A stretch of 64,000 nt of DNA from a virus. A program made the position numbers and the translations under genes. Below, one piece after another: positions 27,933 to 36,919 of the stretch (its first letter is position 1; each line of letters opens with the position of its first letter). The stretch lies in the IMG/VR virus record IMGVR_UViG_3300045988_127883, positions 1-64,000 of that record; one strand, 5' to 3'. The notes under the pieces are model-generated. The model was not told the origin of the DNA. It searched no databases and worked only from the letters and a program-made list of their open reading frames with translations.

Positions 27933-29153
27933 ATGGTGTACGTACAAGACATAAATGGTAAACCTATGATGCCTACAACAAGGCATGGTAAGGTTAGGAG
28001 ACTGCTTAAAGACAAAAAGGCAATCGTTGTAAACCTATGTCCGTTTACCATCAAATTAATGTACGTAACATCTGATTACAAACAGAAAATTGTATTAGGC
28101 GTTGATGCTGGTACTAAGCATGTTGGTCTATCAGCTACGACGAAAAGCAAAGAACTTTACGCAAGCGAAGTGACTTTAAGAAATGATATTGTAGATCTTT
28201 TGTCTACCAGAAGAGAGCTACGAAGATCGAGACGAAATAGATTGAGGTATAGAAAACCTCGTTTCAATAATAGAATAAAAAGCAAGCGTCCAGGATGGAT
28301 AGCACCTTCGGTGCAGTACAAAGTAGACGCTCATATTCGTGTTATTGATAATGTTTTTTCTATACTGCCTGTATCCCGTATTGTTATTGAAGTAGCTCAA
28401 TTCGATATACAAAAGATTAAGAATCCTGAGATATTCGGTAAAGAGTATCAGGAGGGTGATCAACTTGGTTTTTGGAACATCAGAGAGTATGTCTTAACAA
28501 GGGATGGACACAAATGCCAGTATTGTAAAGGAAAGTCAAAAGACCCAGTATTGAATGTTCATCATCTTGAGTCTCGAAAAACCGGAGGGGATTCCCCATC
28601 TAATCTTATTACCTTATGTGAAACTTGTCATAAAGAATACCATAAAGGTAATATAGATTTAAAGATCAGAAGAGGCAAGTCGCTTCGCGACGCAGCCGTA
28701 ATGGGGATTATGAAATGGAGGTTGTATGAAGAGTTAAAATCCAGATACGACAGAGTTTCTATGACGTTTGGTTACATCACGAAACATAATCGGATTAAAT
28801 ACGGGATTGAAAAATCCCATACATCCGACGCGTTTGTCATTTCTAAGAACATTAATGCGAAACGAATCGAACGTCAATATTTAAAACGTTTAATTCGTAG
28901 ACATAATAGACAAATACATAAAATGAAAATTTTAAAAGGAGGGAAGAAGAAAAACAATCAAGCTCCTTTTGAGGTTTTCGGATTTAGATTGTTTGATAAA
29001 GTGTTGTATGATAATAAAATATGTTTTGTTTATGGAAGGAGAAAATCAGGGAATTTCAATATCAGGGATTTCAACGGAGAAAACCCGAAGGATGTTTCAC
29101 GCAAAAAGTTTAAACTCATTAGAGGGAAGAGGCATCCGATTATATTAAAGTAA
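27933..29153 (+). CDS. iscB: IscB (406 aa, copy 3).
   Basis: Same motif set (RuvC-II IVIEVAQFD, HNH NVHHLES/CETCHKEYH, RuvC-III SHTSDAFVIS). About 185 nt at the 5' end are identical to copy 1, then it diverges. Confidence 0.85.
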   Translation: MVYVQDINGKPMMPTTRHGKVRRLLKDKKAIVVNLCPFTIKLMYVTSDYKQKIVLGVDAGTKHVGLSATTKSKELYASEVTLRNDIVDLLSTRRELRRSRRNRLRYRKPRFNNRIKSKRPGWIAPSVQYKVDAHIRVIDNVFSILPVSRIVIEVAQFDIQKIKNPEIFGKEYQEGDQLGFWNIREYVLTRDGHKCQYCKGKSKDPVLNVHHLESRKTGGDSPSNLITLCETCHKEYHKGNIDLKIRRGKSLRDAAVMGIMKWRLYEELKSRYDRVSMTFGYITKHNRIKYGIEKSHTSDAFVISKNINAKRIERQYLKRLIRRHNRQIHKMKILKGGKKKNNQAPFEVFGFRLFDKVLYDNKICFVYGRRKSGNFNIRDFNGENPKDVSRKKFKLIRGKRHPIILK

Positions 29154-29190
29154 ATGAATAGATTTAATAAATTTAATAGAAAAACGCATT

Positions 29191-29505
29191 ATGAAAGAAG
29201 CATTAATAGCAGGAGCAGCGGTCTTTTTATTATCATACCTGTTTGTAACGACTCTTATAAAAATAAGCAGGTCGATAGATCGGTATAAGATGAAGAAGAA
29301 AACCGACAAAATAAAAGTCGGTCAAAGATACGAATACGAAGGCTACTTCATGGATCCATTTGAAAGAGGCAAGCATGTGATTAAGATATTAGAAATAAAG
29401 GGAGGGTTCGCTCTGTACGAGTATGGAAAAAGCCCAAGTTTATTATTTTCTATGGAGCTTGAAGATATTGTTAAAAGATATGTTTTAATTACTGATATAA
29501 AATAA
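29191..29505 (+). CDS. Hypothetical protein with an N-terminal TM helix (104 aa).
   Basis: Intact ORF. Confidence 0.4.
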   Translation: MKEALIAGAAVFLLSYLFVTTLIKISRSIDRYKMKKKTDKIKVGQRYEYEGYFMDPFERGKHVIKILEIKGGFALYEYGKSPSLLFSMELEDIVKRYVLITDIK

Positions 29506-29511
29506 GGGATT

Positions 29512-29898
29512 ATGGAAAAGAAAGTCACAATCAAAGAAGGAATGGATATTTTTTACAAAAATGCAGGGAAAGGTATATGGGTCTATATTGGACTTTTTGG
29601 AAATAAAGTGCTATCCATTTTAAAAAACAAAGGTGTTATTGCATGCGAAAACGATGCTGAATATTGCGTGTTGATGGATGGAGAAGATCATTTTATAAGT
29701 ATAGCAAAAGACATGAGTCACGACTATTGTTGTGAGTACGTTGTAGAAAGAGCAGAAGCCTACAGAGACTACCCCTCCAAAGGTGCTACATGCAGTGTAT
29801 GCCTGTTTGAAGATAATGAGAATAAGGCAAGGGAGATGTTGAAAGAGGCGATAATAGAACTTTCAAAAAATAATATAATAGATTGTGATGGCCTTTGA
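29512..29898 (+). CDS. Hypothetical protein (128 aa).
   Basis: Intact ORF. Confidence 0.45.
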   Translation: MEKKVTIKEGMDIFYKNAGKGIWVYIGLFGNKVLSILKNKGVIACENDAEYCVLMDGEDHFISIAKDMSHDYCCEYVVERAEAYRDYPSKGATCSVCLFEDNENKAREMLKEAIIELSKNNIIDCDGL

Positions 29899-31309
29899 AC
29901 TTAGACCTTACCAAAAAGAGGCAGTAGATGCCGGGCTTAAGTTTCTTACAGGAAGATCTAAGAAGCCTGGCATAATCGTAGCTCCATGCGGATGTGGAAA
30001 GAGCCTTCTGATATCCAAGATAGCACATGAAATAAATAGACCGACGTTAGTATTACAGCCCTCAAAAGAGATTCTGGAGCAGAATTATGCAAAGGCTGTA
30101 TCATTCGGTTCTAAACCTACCATATATTCTGCTTCATGTGGTATAAAGGAACTGTCGGCTATGACTTATGCAACATTAAAGAGCATAAAGAAAGATGTAG
30201 CGAGGTTGAAGGATATAGGGATAGATACCTTATTGATAGACGAATGTCATTCAGGATATTCTCCTGAAGAAGGTTCTGAATTTATGGAGTTTATGAACGG
30301 GTTCCCAGAGGCGAAGGTGCTGGGCTTCACCGCCACTCCCTGCCGCCTCCGGACCTACAGTTCTATGCTGGAAGGGAACTACAGCAAACTTAATATGCTG
30401 ACGAAAGACGAGCATAATTTCTTTAAGAAGATAGTTCACGTAACACAAATACAAGAACTAACCTCTCAAGGGTTTTGGTGTCCACTTAAGTACGAACGAT
30501 GGTCGTTTGATGAATCGGCTCTGATGTTAAACAGTACCGGAGCCGAATACACCAACGAATCTATTAAAGAAAGTATTGTACGAAATGGCTTAAACAACTC
30601 CATATACAAACGCCTTCTTCAGCTTATGAACGAGAGGAAGGCTATTTTGGTATGTATGGATTCTATTGAATCATGTAATAGAATATCAGAGTTCATGAAT
30701 GCCAGGATGGGAGCCATAACCGGTGTCGTAACATCGCTAACAACCAAAAAGAAAAGAGAGCAAATCATATCCGATTTCAAAGAAGGTAAGTTGAAGGTGG
30801 TTTTTAATTATTCAACGCTTGCTACCGGATTTGATTTTCCTGAACTTGATTGTGTGATGTTTGGTCGACCAACTTTCTCATATTCAACTTATTACCAAAT
30901 ATTAGGCCGCGCCGTCCGCATCCATCCTGACAAGAAAGAGGCGCTGATAGTTGATTGCTGCGACAACATGAGACGCTTTGGTCGGATAGAAGACCTGACA
31001 ATCGAGCAATTCCCTTCTAAGGGCTGGTGTATGTTTGCCGGCGATCAACTTCTGTCTAATATAAGGATGGGTGATATTATTACCAAAGACGAGATCCTTC
31101 GTCGGGCAGCCTCGCTTAAATCTGTGAATGGAGATGGTAGGAGAGAAGACGATCTTGACAGCATAATAATGTGGTTTGGAAAATATGAAGGAATTAGATT
31201 CAAGGACATACCAGTGTCGTATTTTAGGTTCTTGGCTGAGAATATGGCAGTAAAACCAGGAGACAGGAAAGAAAAGATTATCGAATATTATAATAGAATA
31301 AAAGCATGA
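29885..31309 (+). CDS. Superfamily-2 DExH helicase (474 aa).
   Basis: Motif I GIIVAPCGCGKS. Motif II LLIDECHSG. Motif III GFTATPCR. Motif VI ILGRAVRIHP. Confidence 0.75.
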   Translation: MMAFELRPYQKEAVDAGLKFLTGRSKKPGIIVAPCGCGKSLLISKIAHEINRPTLVLQPSKEILEQNYAKAVSFGSKPTIYSASCGIKELSAMTYATLKSIKKDVARLKDIGIDTLLIDECHSGYSPEEGSEFMEFMNGFPEAKVLGFTATPCRLRTYSSMLEGNYSKLNMLTKDEHNFFKKIVHVTQIQELTSQGFWCPLKYERWSFDESALMLNSTGAEYTNESIKESIVRNGLNNSIYKRLLQLMNERKAILVCMDSIESCNRISEFMNARMGAITGVVTSLTTKKKREQIISDFKEGKLKVVFNYSTLATGFDFPELDCVMFGRPTFSYSTYYQILGRAVRIHPDKKEALIVDCCDNMRRFGRIEDLTIEQFPSKGWCMFAGDQLLSNIRMGDIITKDEILRRAASLKSVNGDGRREDDLDSIIMWFGKYEGIRFKDIPVSYFRFLAENMAVKPGDRKEKIIEYYNRIKA

Positions 31310-31668
31310 ACAGCAAAAGACGTAAGAAAATAGAGGATATTATTTCCAATTTGGAAAAGCATAAAACAGATCTTGAGTTTATCAAATCAAAGCTGTCAGA
31401 GGTTAGGCATAATCTGGATTCAGCCAAGGATGATGTTGATATGATTTTAGACGAAGAGACGGAAGCAAGAGATAATATGCCGGAGTCGTTACAAGATACA
31501 GAAAGATATTATCAATCAGATGAGGCTGTAGCTAATATGGAGGCGGTTGTTGATGATATAGAAAGTATTGTAGGGGATTTAGAGAATGCGGTTTCAACCA
31601 TTGATGATAAAATCAATGACATAGAAACTGGTATTATAGGGAATTTAGAGGCAGCCATAGGCGCATAA
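31306..31668 (+). CDS. Hypothetical acidic coiled-coil protein (120 aa).
   Basis: Intact ORF. Confidence 0.45.
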   Translation: MNSKRRKKIEDIISNLEKHKTDLEFIKSKLSEVRHNLDSAKDDVDMILDEETEARDNMPESLQDTERYYQSDEAVANMEAVVDDIESIVGDLENAVSTIDDKINDIETGIIGNLEAAIGA

Positions 31669-31716
31669 CGTAAAAATATAATCATAAAATTTAACACAAT
31701 ATATTTGTATAGATAT

Positions 31717-31751
31717 AATACGATACATATTTTTGTATCGTATTATTTTTT
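31717..31751 (+). terminator. Rho-independent-like terminator. It has a 10-bp stem aatacgatac/gtatcgtatt with loop atattttt, followed by a T-run.
   Basis: Read directly. Confidence 0.5.
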
Positions 31752-31765
31752 ATGTGTTATATTTT

Positions 31766-32500
31766 ATGAAAACAAATGTTACAATGGTATCAAAAGACCG
31801 AGAATTATTTGGCGTAATAATTAAGCAGGACACTAAAACTTCGTTTATGTCCTTAACAGACCTTCAGGAAGCCTATACGAAGAAGAGGGTTGAGATGGGG
31901 TGGAATGAAAAGAGAATAGAGAATATCCTATCTAATAAGGAGAGTGCGGAACGTGTTTACTATATCCTTGAAAAACAAGGATATAAGATAGAATCAGGAT
32001 TTCCTGGTTTTATACAATCTGTTGAAAAAGAGTCACTTATAAAAGTGATGAAAAAAATGGGAGCTTATAAGACAATGGGTAGAGGAGAGAATAGGAGAAC
32101 TATGTGTAATCCATATATATGGGTGCTTGTAGCTATGGAACTAAACCCTATGTTGTATGCTGAGGTTGTTACGTGGTTAACAGATAAGCTTATCTTAAAC
32201 CGAATAGAGGCAGGTGATAAATACAATGTCTTGTCAAGAGCTATATCAAGATTTCCGGATGCCGATTACTCCAAGATGGCTAAAGGCTTAAATTGGATTG
32301 TATTTAATGAGCATGAAAGCATGATAAGAAATAGGGCTACACAGGAGCAGTTGAAAGAACTTGAAACCCTACAGTCTAATCTTGCATTCTGCATAGAGAT
32401 GGGAACCATCTCTTCTTTCTCTAATTTAATGAACATGATGAGATCTATATATGTAAAGAAATGGGGAGAAGAGGCTGTAACTTCTAAAAACGTAAAATAA
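31766..32500 (+). CDS. KilA-N-like domain protein. Start at the internal ATG (MKTNVTMVSKDREL...).
   Basis: TMGRGENRRTMCNPYIWVLVAMELNPMLYAEVVTWL resembles the KilA-N C-terminal block (GG..GTwvhp.la..a.wlsp). The upstream part of the ORF overlaps the terminator. Confidence 0.45.
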   Translation: MKTNVTMVSKDRELFGVIIKQDTKTSFMSLTDLQEAYTKKRVEMGWNEKRIENILSNKESAERVYYILEKQGYKIESGFPGFIQSVEKESLIKVMKKMGAYKTMGRGENRRTMCNPYIWVLVAMELNPMLYAEVVTWLTDKLILNRIEAGDKYNVLSRAISRFPDADYSKMAKGLNWIVFNEHESMIRNRATQEQLKELETLQSNLAFCIEMGTISSFSNLMNMMRSIYVKKWGEEAVTSKNVK

Positions 32501-32501
32501 T

Positions 32502-32789
32502 ATGGGAGTAAAAGAAATAAGAGAACTACTTAGACTCTACAATCTCGAACATAGTGTCGTCCAGAACAAAAACTCTGGGCGGTATTCTATTATTCTCCAT
32601 AACAACATCATAGGAACGAACGTAGATGGAGAGAAGGTAGTTGTGTTCAGAACCATTCCGGATGGAAGCAATACGTTCTCTATGGAGCGAAATAGATTCT
32701 ATGAGGGGTTTGTAGAGGCTTTTGATGACGATAAGGCGATTGAAGCCGTAAGACAGTATTTTGAGAAAAACAGAAATGATAGGGTATAA
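32502..32789 (+). CDS. Hypothetical protein (95 aa).
   Basis: Intact ORF. Confidence 0.45.
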   Translation: MGVKEIRELLRLYNLEHSVVQNKNSGRYSIILHNNIIGTNVDGEKVVVFRTIPDGSNTFSMERNRFYEGFVEAFDDDKAIEAVRQYFEKNRNDRV

Positions 32790-32841
32790 GACGAAGATGG
32801 ATTATATTACTATCGAAATGAGGTAAAACAACGATAAAGCA

Positions 32842-33399
32842 ATGGAAAAGATGGATGATAATACTAAAAATATCCTTTATCCAAAAGGATCTATTTTTCG
32901 CATATTAAAAGATGATATAATCAGTGCCGAATTTAAAATCGTCAAAGGAGCTATAGCGGAGGCAGTATCAGACATAGAAGTAAATGATAAATATGCTGAG
33001 GTTTGTTGCAATGGGGAGACGTTCGTCATAGAAACGGATATTATGGATATTATTCTTACCAAAGACCCCATAGAAAACAAATCGGTGAAAAATGACATCA
33101 TTGATGATAAACTACGATGGGATTTGCTTCCAATGGAAGAGATTGAGGACATTGTAAAAGTCTATCATGCCGGAGCCAAAAAGTACGATCCTAATACTTG
33201 GCAGAACCTTGACAACGGATTTGAACGGTACCGTGCTGCGATGTTTCGACACCTGATGGAATACATGAAAGGGGAAAGAGTGGATTCCGATACAGGATGT
33301 TTTCATCTTGCACAATGTGCATGGAACTGCATAGCTATGCTGTGGTATGACAAGCATGGAAAAGGGTTGATACCATTAAATAAGGAGGAAAAGAAATGA
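32842..33399 (+). CDS. Hypothetical protein (185 aa).
   Basis: Intact ORF. Confidence 0.45.
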   Translation: MEKMDDNTKNILYPKGSIFRILKDDIISAEFKIVKGAIAEAVSDIEVNDKYAEVCCNGETFVIETDIMDIILTKDPIENKSVKNDIIDDKLRWDLLPMEEIEDIVKVYHAGAKKYDPNTWQNLDNGFERYRAAMFRHLMEYMKGERVDSDTGCFHLAQCAWNCIAMLWYDKHGKGLIPLNKEEKK

Positions 33400-33704
33400 C
33401 AATAGAACAACTAAATTATTTATTAAGAAAAGAGCTTTATGCTATAAAAAACCATAAAGACAATATTGATAGAATCAAAAAAGAATATTTTGATTCCAAT
33501 TATGGGTTAAAAGAAGGAGATAAGATCCGTATTTTACACGAAGCAGGAGATGAAATGATAGGCTTCTTGAAAAAAGTTGAAGTATGTGAAGACGGAGATC
33601 TGTACTTGACAATACAAAAACAAAACGAAAAAGGTGACAGAGGCAGAGGAAAATGGAATATGTATCTATCATCAAAATTAATTAAAATTGAAAAATGTGT
33701 ATAA
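33396..33704 (+). CDS. Hypothetical protein (102 aa).
   Basis: Intact ORF. Confidence 0.4.
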   Translation: MTIEQLNYLLRKELYAIKNHKDNIDRIKKEYFDSNYGLKEGDKIRILHEAGDEMIGFLKKVEVCEDGDLYLTIQKQNEKGDRGRGKWNMYLSSKLIKIEKCV

Positions 33705-33708
33705 TACC

Positions 33709-33916
33709 ATGAGAGTGTTAAGTTTATTTGACGGAATGTCATGTGGTCAAATAGCGCTAAAAGAGAATAAGAAGATTAACCCCTACAGAGTGCTCCAGGT
33801 TACAGACTGTACCAAATTGGTATAAATGGGAATGCAGCGAAACCCAACAGTACAAGATGTTGGGAAACGGGTGGACTATTAAAGTTATTGAACATATACT
33901 TAAAAGAATAAAATAA
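33709..33916 (+). pseudogene. Remnant of a DNA cytosine-5 methyltransferase gene. The N-terminal motif I region and the C-terminal motif X region are joined, with the catalytic core deleted and a frame break.
   Basis: Frame 1 reads MRVLSLFDGMSCGQIALKE (C5-MTase motif I, LSLFxGxGG-like) then stops. Frame 2 ends ...QQYKMLGNGWTIKVIEHILKRI*, the typical C5-MTase C-terminus (motif X, GN-containing). Total about 200 nt, versus about 1 kb for an intact gene. Confidence 0.55.
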
Positions 33917-33918
33917 TA

Positions 33919-34461
33919 ATGATTAGAGCAAGATTTTACATTAAAAAATCCGACTGCGGTAACGACTACCGTCCAGTCAAATGGCCTATAAAATATCCAT
34001 ATTGGTGTAGCGCAGAATCCAGTAATTCATTTGTATTGGTGGCGTATGCTGAAGACGAAGACAGTATAAAAGAACTGTGGCCGGAAGCATACGATATTAA
34101 TGTCTTAGAAAAAGATACTGAGGTTAAATTCACATTAAGATTTCCTAAGCCGAAATGGTATGAATTGCAAGAAGAGAGATTAGAAGAGTATGATAAATTA
34201 TATGGTAAATTCGTATGGGTTACAGACATGTGTCTAAAAGATGGGAAAATAAGAAAGGTAAAAGCCAGAATAGAAGATTGTGGTGGTCTTTTATTAGCCG
34301 ACACTCCTGGTCGTTACACCCCTTATCAGATAGGGGATTGTGCTTTTGAAAGCAAGGAAGAGGCTTTAAAACATGCAGAGGGACAGAGAACGGATTTAAT
34401 TAAGTCTCTTAAGTTACAAATACACGAACTTGAAAATCTAAAATTTAAATGCGATGATTAA
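33919..34461 (+). CDS. Hypothetical protein (180 aa).
   Basis: Intact ORF. Confidence 0.45.
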   Translation: MIRARFYIKKSDCGNDYRPVKWPIKYPYWCSAESSNSFVLVAYAEDEDSIKELWPEAYDINVLEKDTEVKFTLRFPKPKWYELQEERLEEYDKLYGKFVWVTDMCLKDGKIRKVKARIEDCGGLLLADTPGRYTPYQIGDCAFESKEEALKHAEGQRTDLIKSLKLQIHELENLKFKCDD

Positions 34462-35167
34462 TTACGCGGCAAAAGCCAGGAAAGCTTATTTGATAAACAA
34501 TTTCGATAAGATTCTTAACAGTCTTAACACGCTTCATTCAACGGTTGAGACCATGACGTTGTTCGTAAACGACCAGGCTTATAATTACATTCTTAAGCTG
34601 AAGGGAGTGGTTAAAGGCGGTCCTATGTACAGACATAATGTTAAGCGTTTTTTAAATGAGATGGACAAAGAGATAAAGAGGTACAATGCTTCTATCTACT
34701 ACATAAACAAAGAACGTAGTGAGGTTATTGCTGACATAACACAGGTTATGGAAGACTGTCTCATGCCATACATAGACGACCTGGCCGGCGCCATCAAGTC
34801 TGGCGTGTCGTCGAAGGGTCTGTCGGAGGAGCGGACGGAGGTGGCGGTCTTGGCTCTCGTTATCTCCAGCCTGGCCACTACCTCTGGAAGACTTATCTCT
34901 GACGGGTATAAGATTATGAAAGAAATGGGTGGAGGACAAGGTGGTAACCCATTTACGTTTATGAGTATCGATAAAATAAGAAGGTTGTCTGTTTCGCTGT
35001 CAGATATTATTACCGGCGGTGAGGTCCCTATTACGAAAAAGGAAGCGGATAGGGTAGCTTCGGCGATGGATGTCTTTATTGAAAAAATGTCGGATTCGGA
35101 TATTGTTGATAAGGTAATCAGCATACTCGAAGAGGCAGAATCTAAAAACAAGGAGGAGCGATCGTGA
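34454..35167 (+). CDS. Hypothetical protein (237 aa).
   Basis: Intact ORF. Confidence 0.45.
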   Translation: MINYAAKARKAYLINNFDKILNSLNTLHSTVETMTLFVNDQAYNYILKLKGVVKGGPMYRHNVKRFLNEMDKEIKRYNASIYYINKERSEVIADITQVMEDCLMPYIDDLAGAIKSGVSSKGLSEERTEVAVLALVISSLATTSGRLISDGYKIMKEMGGGQGGNPFTFMSIDKIRRLSVSLSDIITGGEVPITKKEADRVASAMDVFIEKMSDSDIVDKVISILEEAESKNKEERS

Positions 35168-35355
35168 ATTATTTGGATGGGTATGTAGAAGAAGTTCTTT
35201 CTGAGCCGTACTATGACGATTATGGCTCTGGGGTTTTTAGGTGGTGGGTGAAAGTGTCTTACGTTTGTGAAGGAATAGGAGCTGTCACTACCTTAATGTT
35301 TGATACGAGAGAAGAAGCGGAAGCTGTAAAAACAGGTTATAAATTTTTATGTTGA
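35164..35355 (+). CDS. Hypothetical protein (63 aa).
   Basis: Intact ORF with ATGA overlap. Confidence 0.35.
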   Translation: MNYLDGYVEEVLSEPYYDDYGSGVFRWWVKVSYVCEGIGAVTTLMFDTREEAEAVKTGYKFLC

Positions 35356-35362
35356 AAATAAT

Positions 35363-35599
35363 ATGAGGTATTTTATTTTATTGATGGCACTTGTGTTATC
35401 ATCATGTTCGCATGATGATAGTCAGGTTAATAACGGATGGGTTATATATGATCTATGTCCTTTAGAAGATGGATGTATAATGTATTATGGTAAAGACGAA
35501 AGAATTTCAATATTTTATAATAATATGCTTATAAAATTCGTTGGATACCAAGGGGAATACAATATCGGAGATTCTATTAAGATCGTAAAAGTTAAATAA
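35363..35599 (+). CDS. Putative small lipoprotein (78 aa; MRYFILLMALVLSSCSHDD).
   Basis: Signal peptide ending in the lipobox-like LSSC. Confidence 0.45.
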   Translation: MRYFILLMALVLSSCSHDDSQVNNGWVIYDLCPLEDGCIMYYGKDERISIFYNNMLIKFVGYQGEYNIGDSIKIVKVK

Positions 35600-35600
35600 T

Positions 35601-36089
35601 ATGGAAAAGAATTTAAAACTCATATGTCCAAAATGTGGCACCCCTCACCAGCCTCATTCTCCGCACACGATGGATGCAGATGGATTTGAAAGGAGTGAGA
35701 TAAGAACTGTCATGGAAGACAGGGGATGGTGCTACGAATGCTCTTTTTGGCAAAACTTGTACGACAAGCACAAAGACGATCCTGGATGGGTTAGGATAGA
35801 CGGTGTAAGCTGGGTGCTTAAGCCTATGGTGGAAAACGTACCGAGCGGATGGAACAGCCTTGGATGTGGTGGAAGAAAAATGTATATCAATATCGAAGGG
35901 AAAGGCATTGTTACATCAAATAACTGCTGGTGTCAAGGTGATGTTTCGGACGCATTCAAGGATCTTATGCCTGATAATGCTACTTGGGCTACGAAGGAGG
36001 AATTTGACAAAGCTCCTGTAGTAGGACATATCATAGAAGGTATTGGTTTAGTTTTCACAGATAGGGGAGGTCATGAAGTTAATGCTTAG
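35601..36089 (+). CDS. Hypothetical Cys/His-rich protein (162 aa). It is the last plus-strand gene before the strand switch.
   Basis: Intact ORF. Confidence 0.45.
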   Translation: MEKNLKLICPKCGTPHQPHSPHTMDADGFERSEIRTVMEDRGWCYECSFWQNLYDKHKDDPGWVRIDGVSWVLKPMVENVPSGWNSLGCGGRKMYINIEGKGIVTSNNCWCQGDVSDAFKDLMPDNATWATKEEFDKAPVVGHIIEGIGLVFTDRGGHEVNA

Positions 36090-36132
36090 AAACTTATTTC
36101 ATGTTCTGCTTATACAAGAAAAGATGGTAACT

Positions 36133-36179
36133 ACAACAATCCCCAACCATACAATAGGCGTACGGTTGGGGATTGTTGT
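36133..36179. terminator. Bidirectional terminator at the convergent strand switch. It has a 15-16-bp perfect stem acaacaatccccaacc / ggttggggattgttgt with a 15-nt loop.
   Basis: Read directly. It lies between the stop of the plus gene (36089) and the stop of the minus gene (36179). Confidence 0.55.
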
Positions 36180-36859
36180 CATATCGTAAAATTAAGTGTT
36201 TTTTCTAATATCAGATATTCAGTATGAACTTTACTTCCGCCATCATTTATCAAGTCCAAATTAATATAAGCTTTATATGATACATGATGATCACCAGGAG
36301 CAAGACGTTTCATATCTGATAAGAACATAGAATTTAAACCTTGGCCAGACCATGATTCTGGATATGGCAAAGGTTTAAAGTCGGCGTCTGTACATCTTAC
36401 AGCCCAAGTAAGATTAGGATCTGCCCTAACTATTCTATCATGAGGTCCATCAATTACAAGATCTGGCATCTCATATTGGTAACTATCATAATTAAGGACA
36501 ATAGGATCACCAAAGTTTACACCGTATATAGCAGCAGGTGGAGTAAAGCTTGTTATTAAAAAGGTTCTATTAATCCTATTGGTTGTTCTTAGCGTAAACT
36601 CATCAGGTACTATCACACTTACTCTAAATCCATAATAAGGAGAGGTTGTTAAAGCAATAGCAAGAACCACCGAATCCTGTTCAAGCAATTCCTCTGTCGT
36701 ATCAACCTGACTATCGATCTCTTGCCTATCTTCCATTGGAACACCGCCTTGGACACTTATGGAATCCAGCCGTTCTTTTTTAGACAGAAAGATAAATTGC
36801 CCGCCCTGTGGAATGGTGCCTACTTTCTTTCCTTCTACGATTACCCCCCCCCTATACAA
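36179..36859 (-). CDS. Late, virion-associated-region protein (226 aa body). Its N-terminus depends on a G9 homopolymer: the upstream ATG at 36915 (MRRRFENN...) is out of frame with the body at G9 and in frame at G10 or G7.
   Basis: Minus-strand reading: atg aga aga aga ttt gaa ... tgt ata ggg ggg ggg taa is a 24-aa ORF ending right after the tract. The body is in frame with TTG at 36859 only. The paralogous leader MRRRFQ lies at 37540. Confidence 0.5.
   Translation of the reverse strand: MYRGGVIVEGKKVGTIPQGGQFIFLSKKERLDSISVQGGVPMEDRQEIDSQVDTTEELLEQDSVVLAIALTTSPYYGFRVSVIVPDEFTLRTTNRINRTFLITSFTPPAAIYGVNFGDPIVLNYDSYQYEMPDLVIDGPHDRIVRADPNLTWAVRCTDADFKPLPYPESWSGQGLNSMFLSDMKRLAPGDHHVSYKAYINLDLINDGGSKVHTEYLILEKTLNFTI
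36844..36852 (-). repeat. Homopolymeric G9 tract on the coding (minus) strand, C9 on plus, inside the 5' end of a gene. It is a candidate slipped-strand phase-variation switch.
   Basis: Counted directly: ttaccccccccctatac has 9 C. Confidence 0.8.
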
Positions 36860-36919
36860 TTGCTAACTATCTTATACTCATATAGTTTAGCATTATTTTC
36901 AAATCTTCTTCTCATAATT

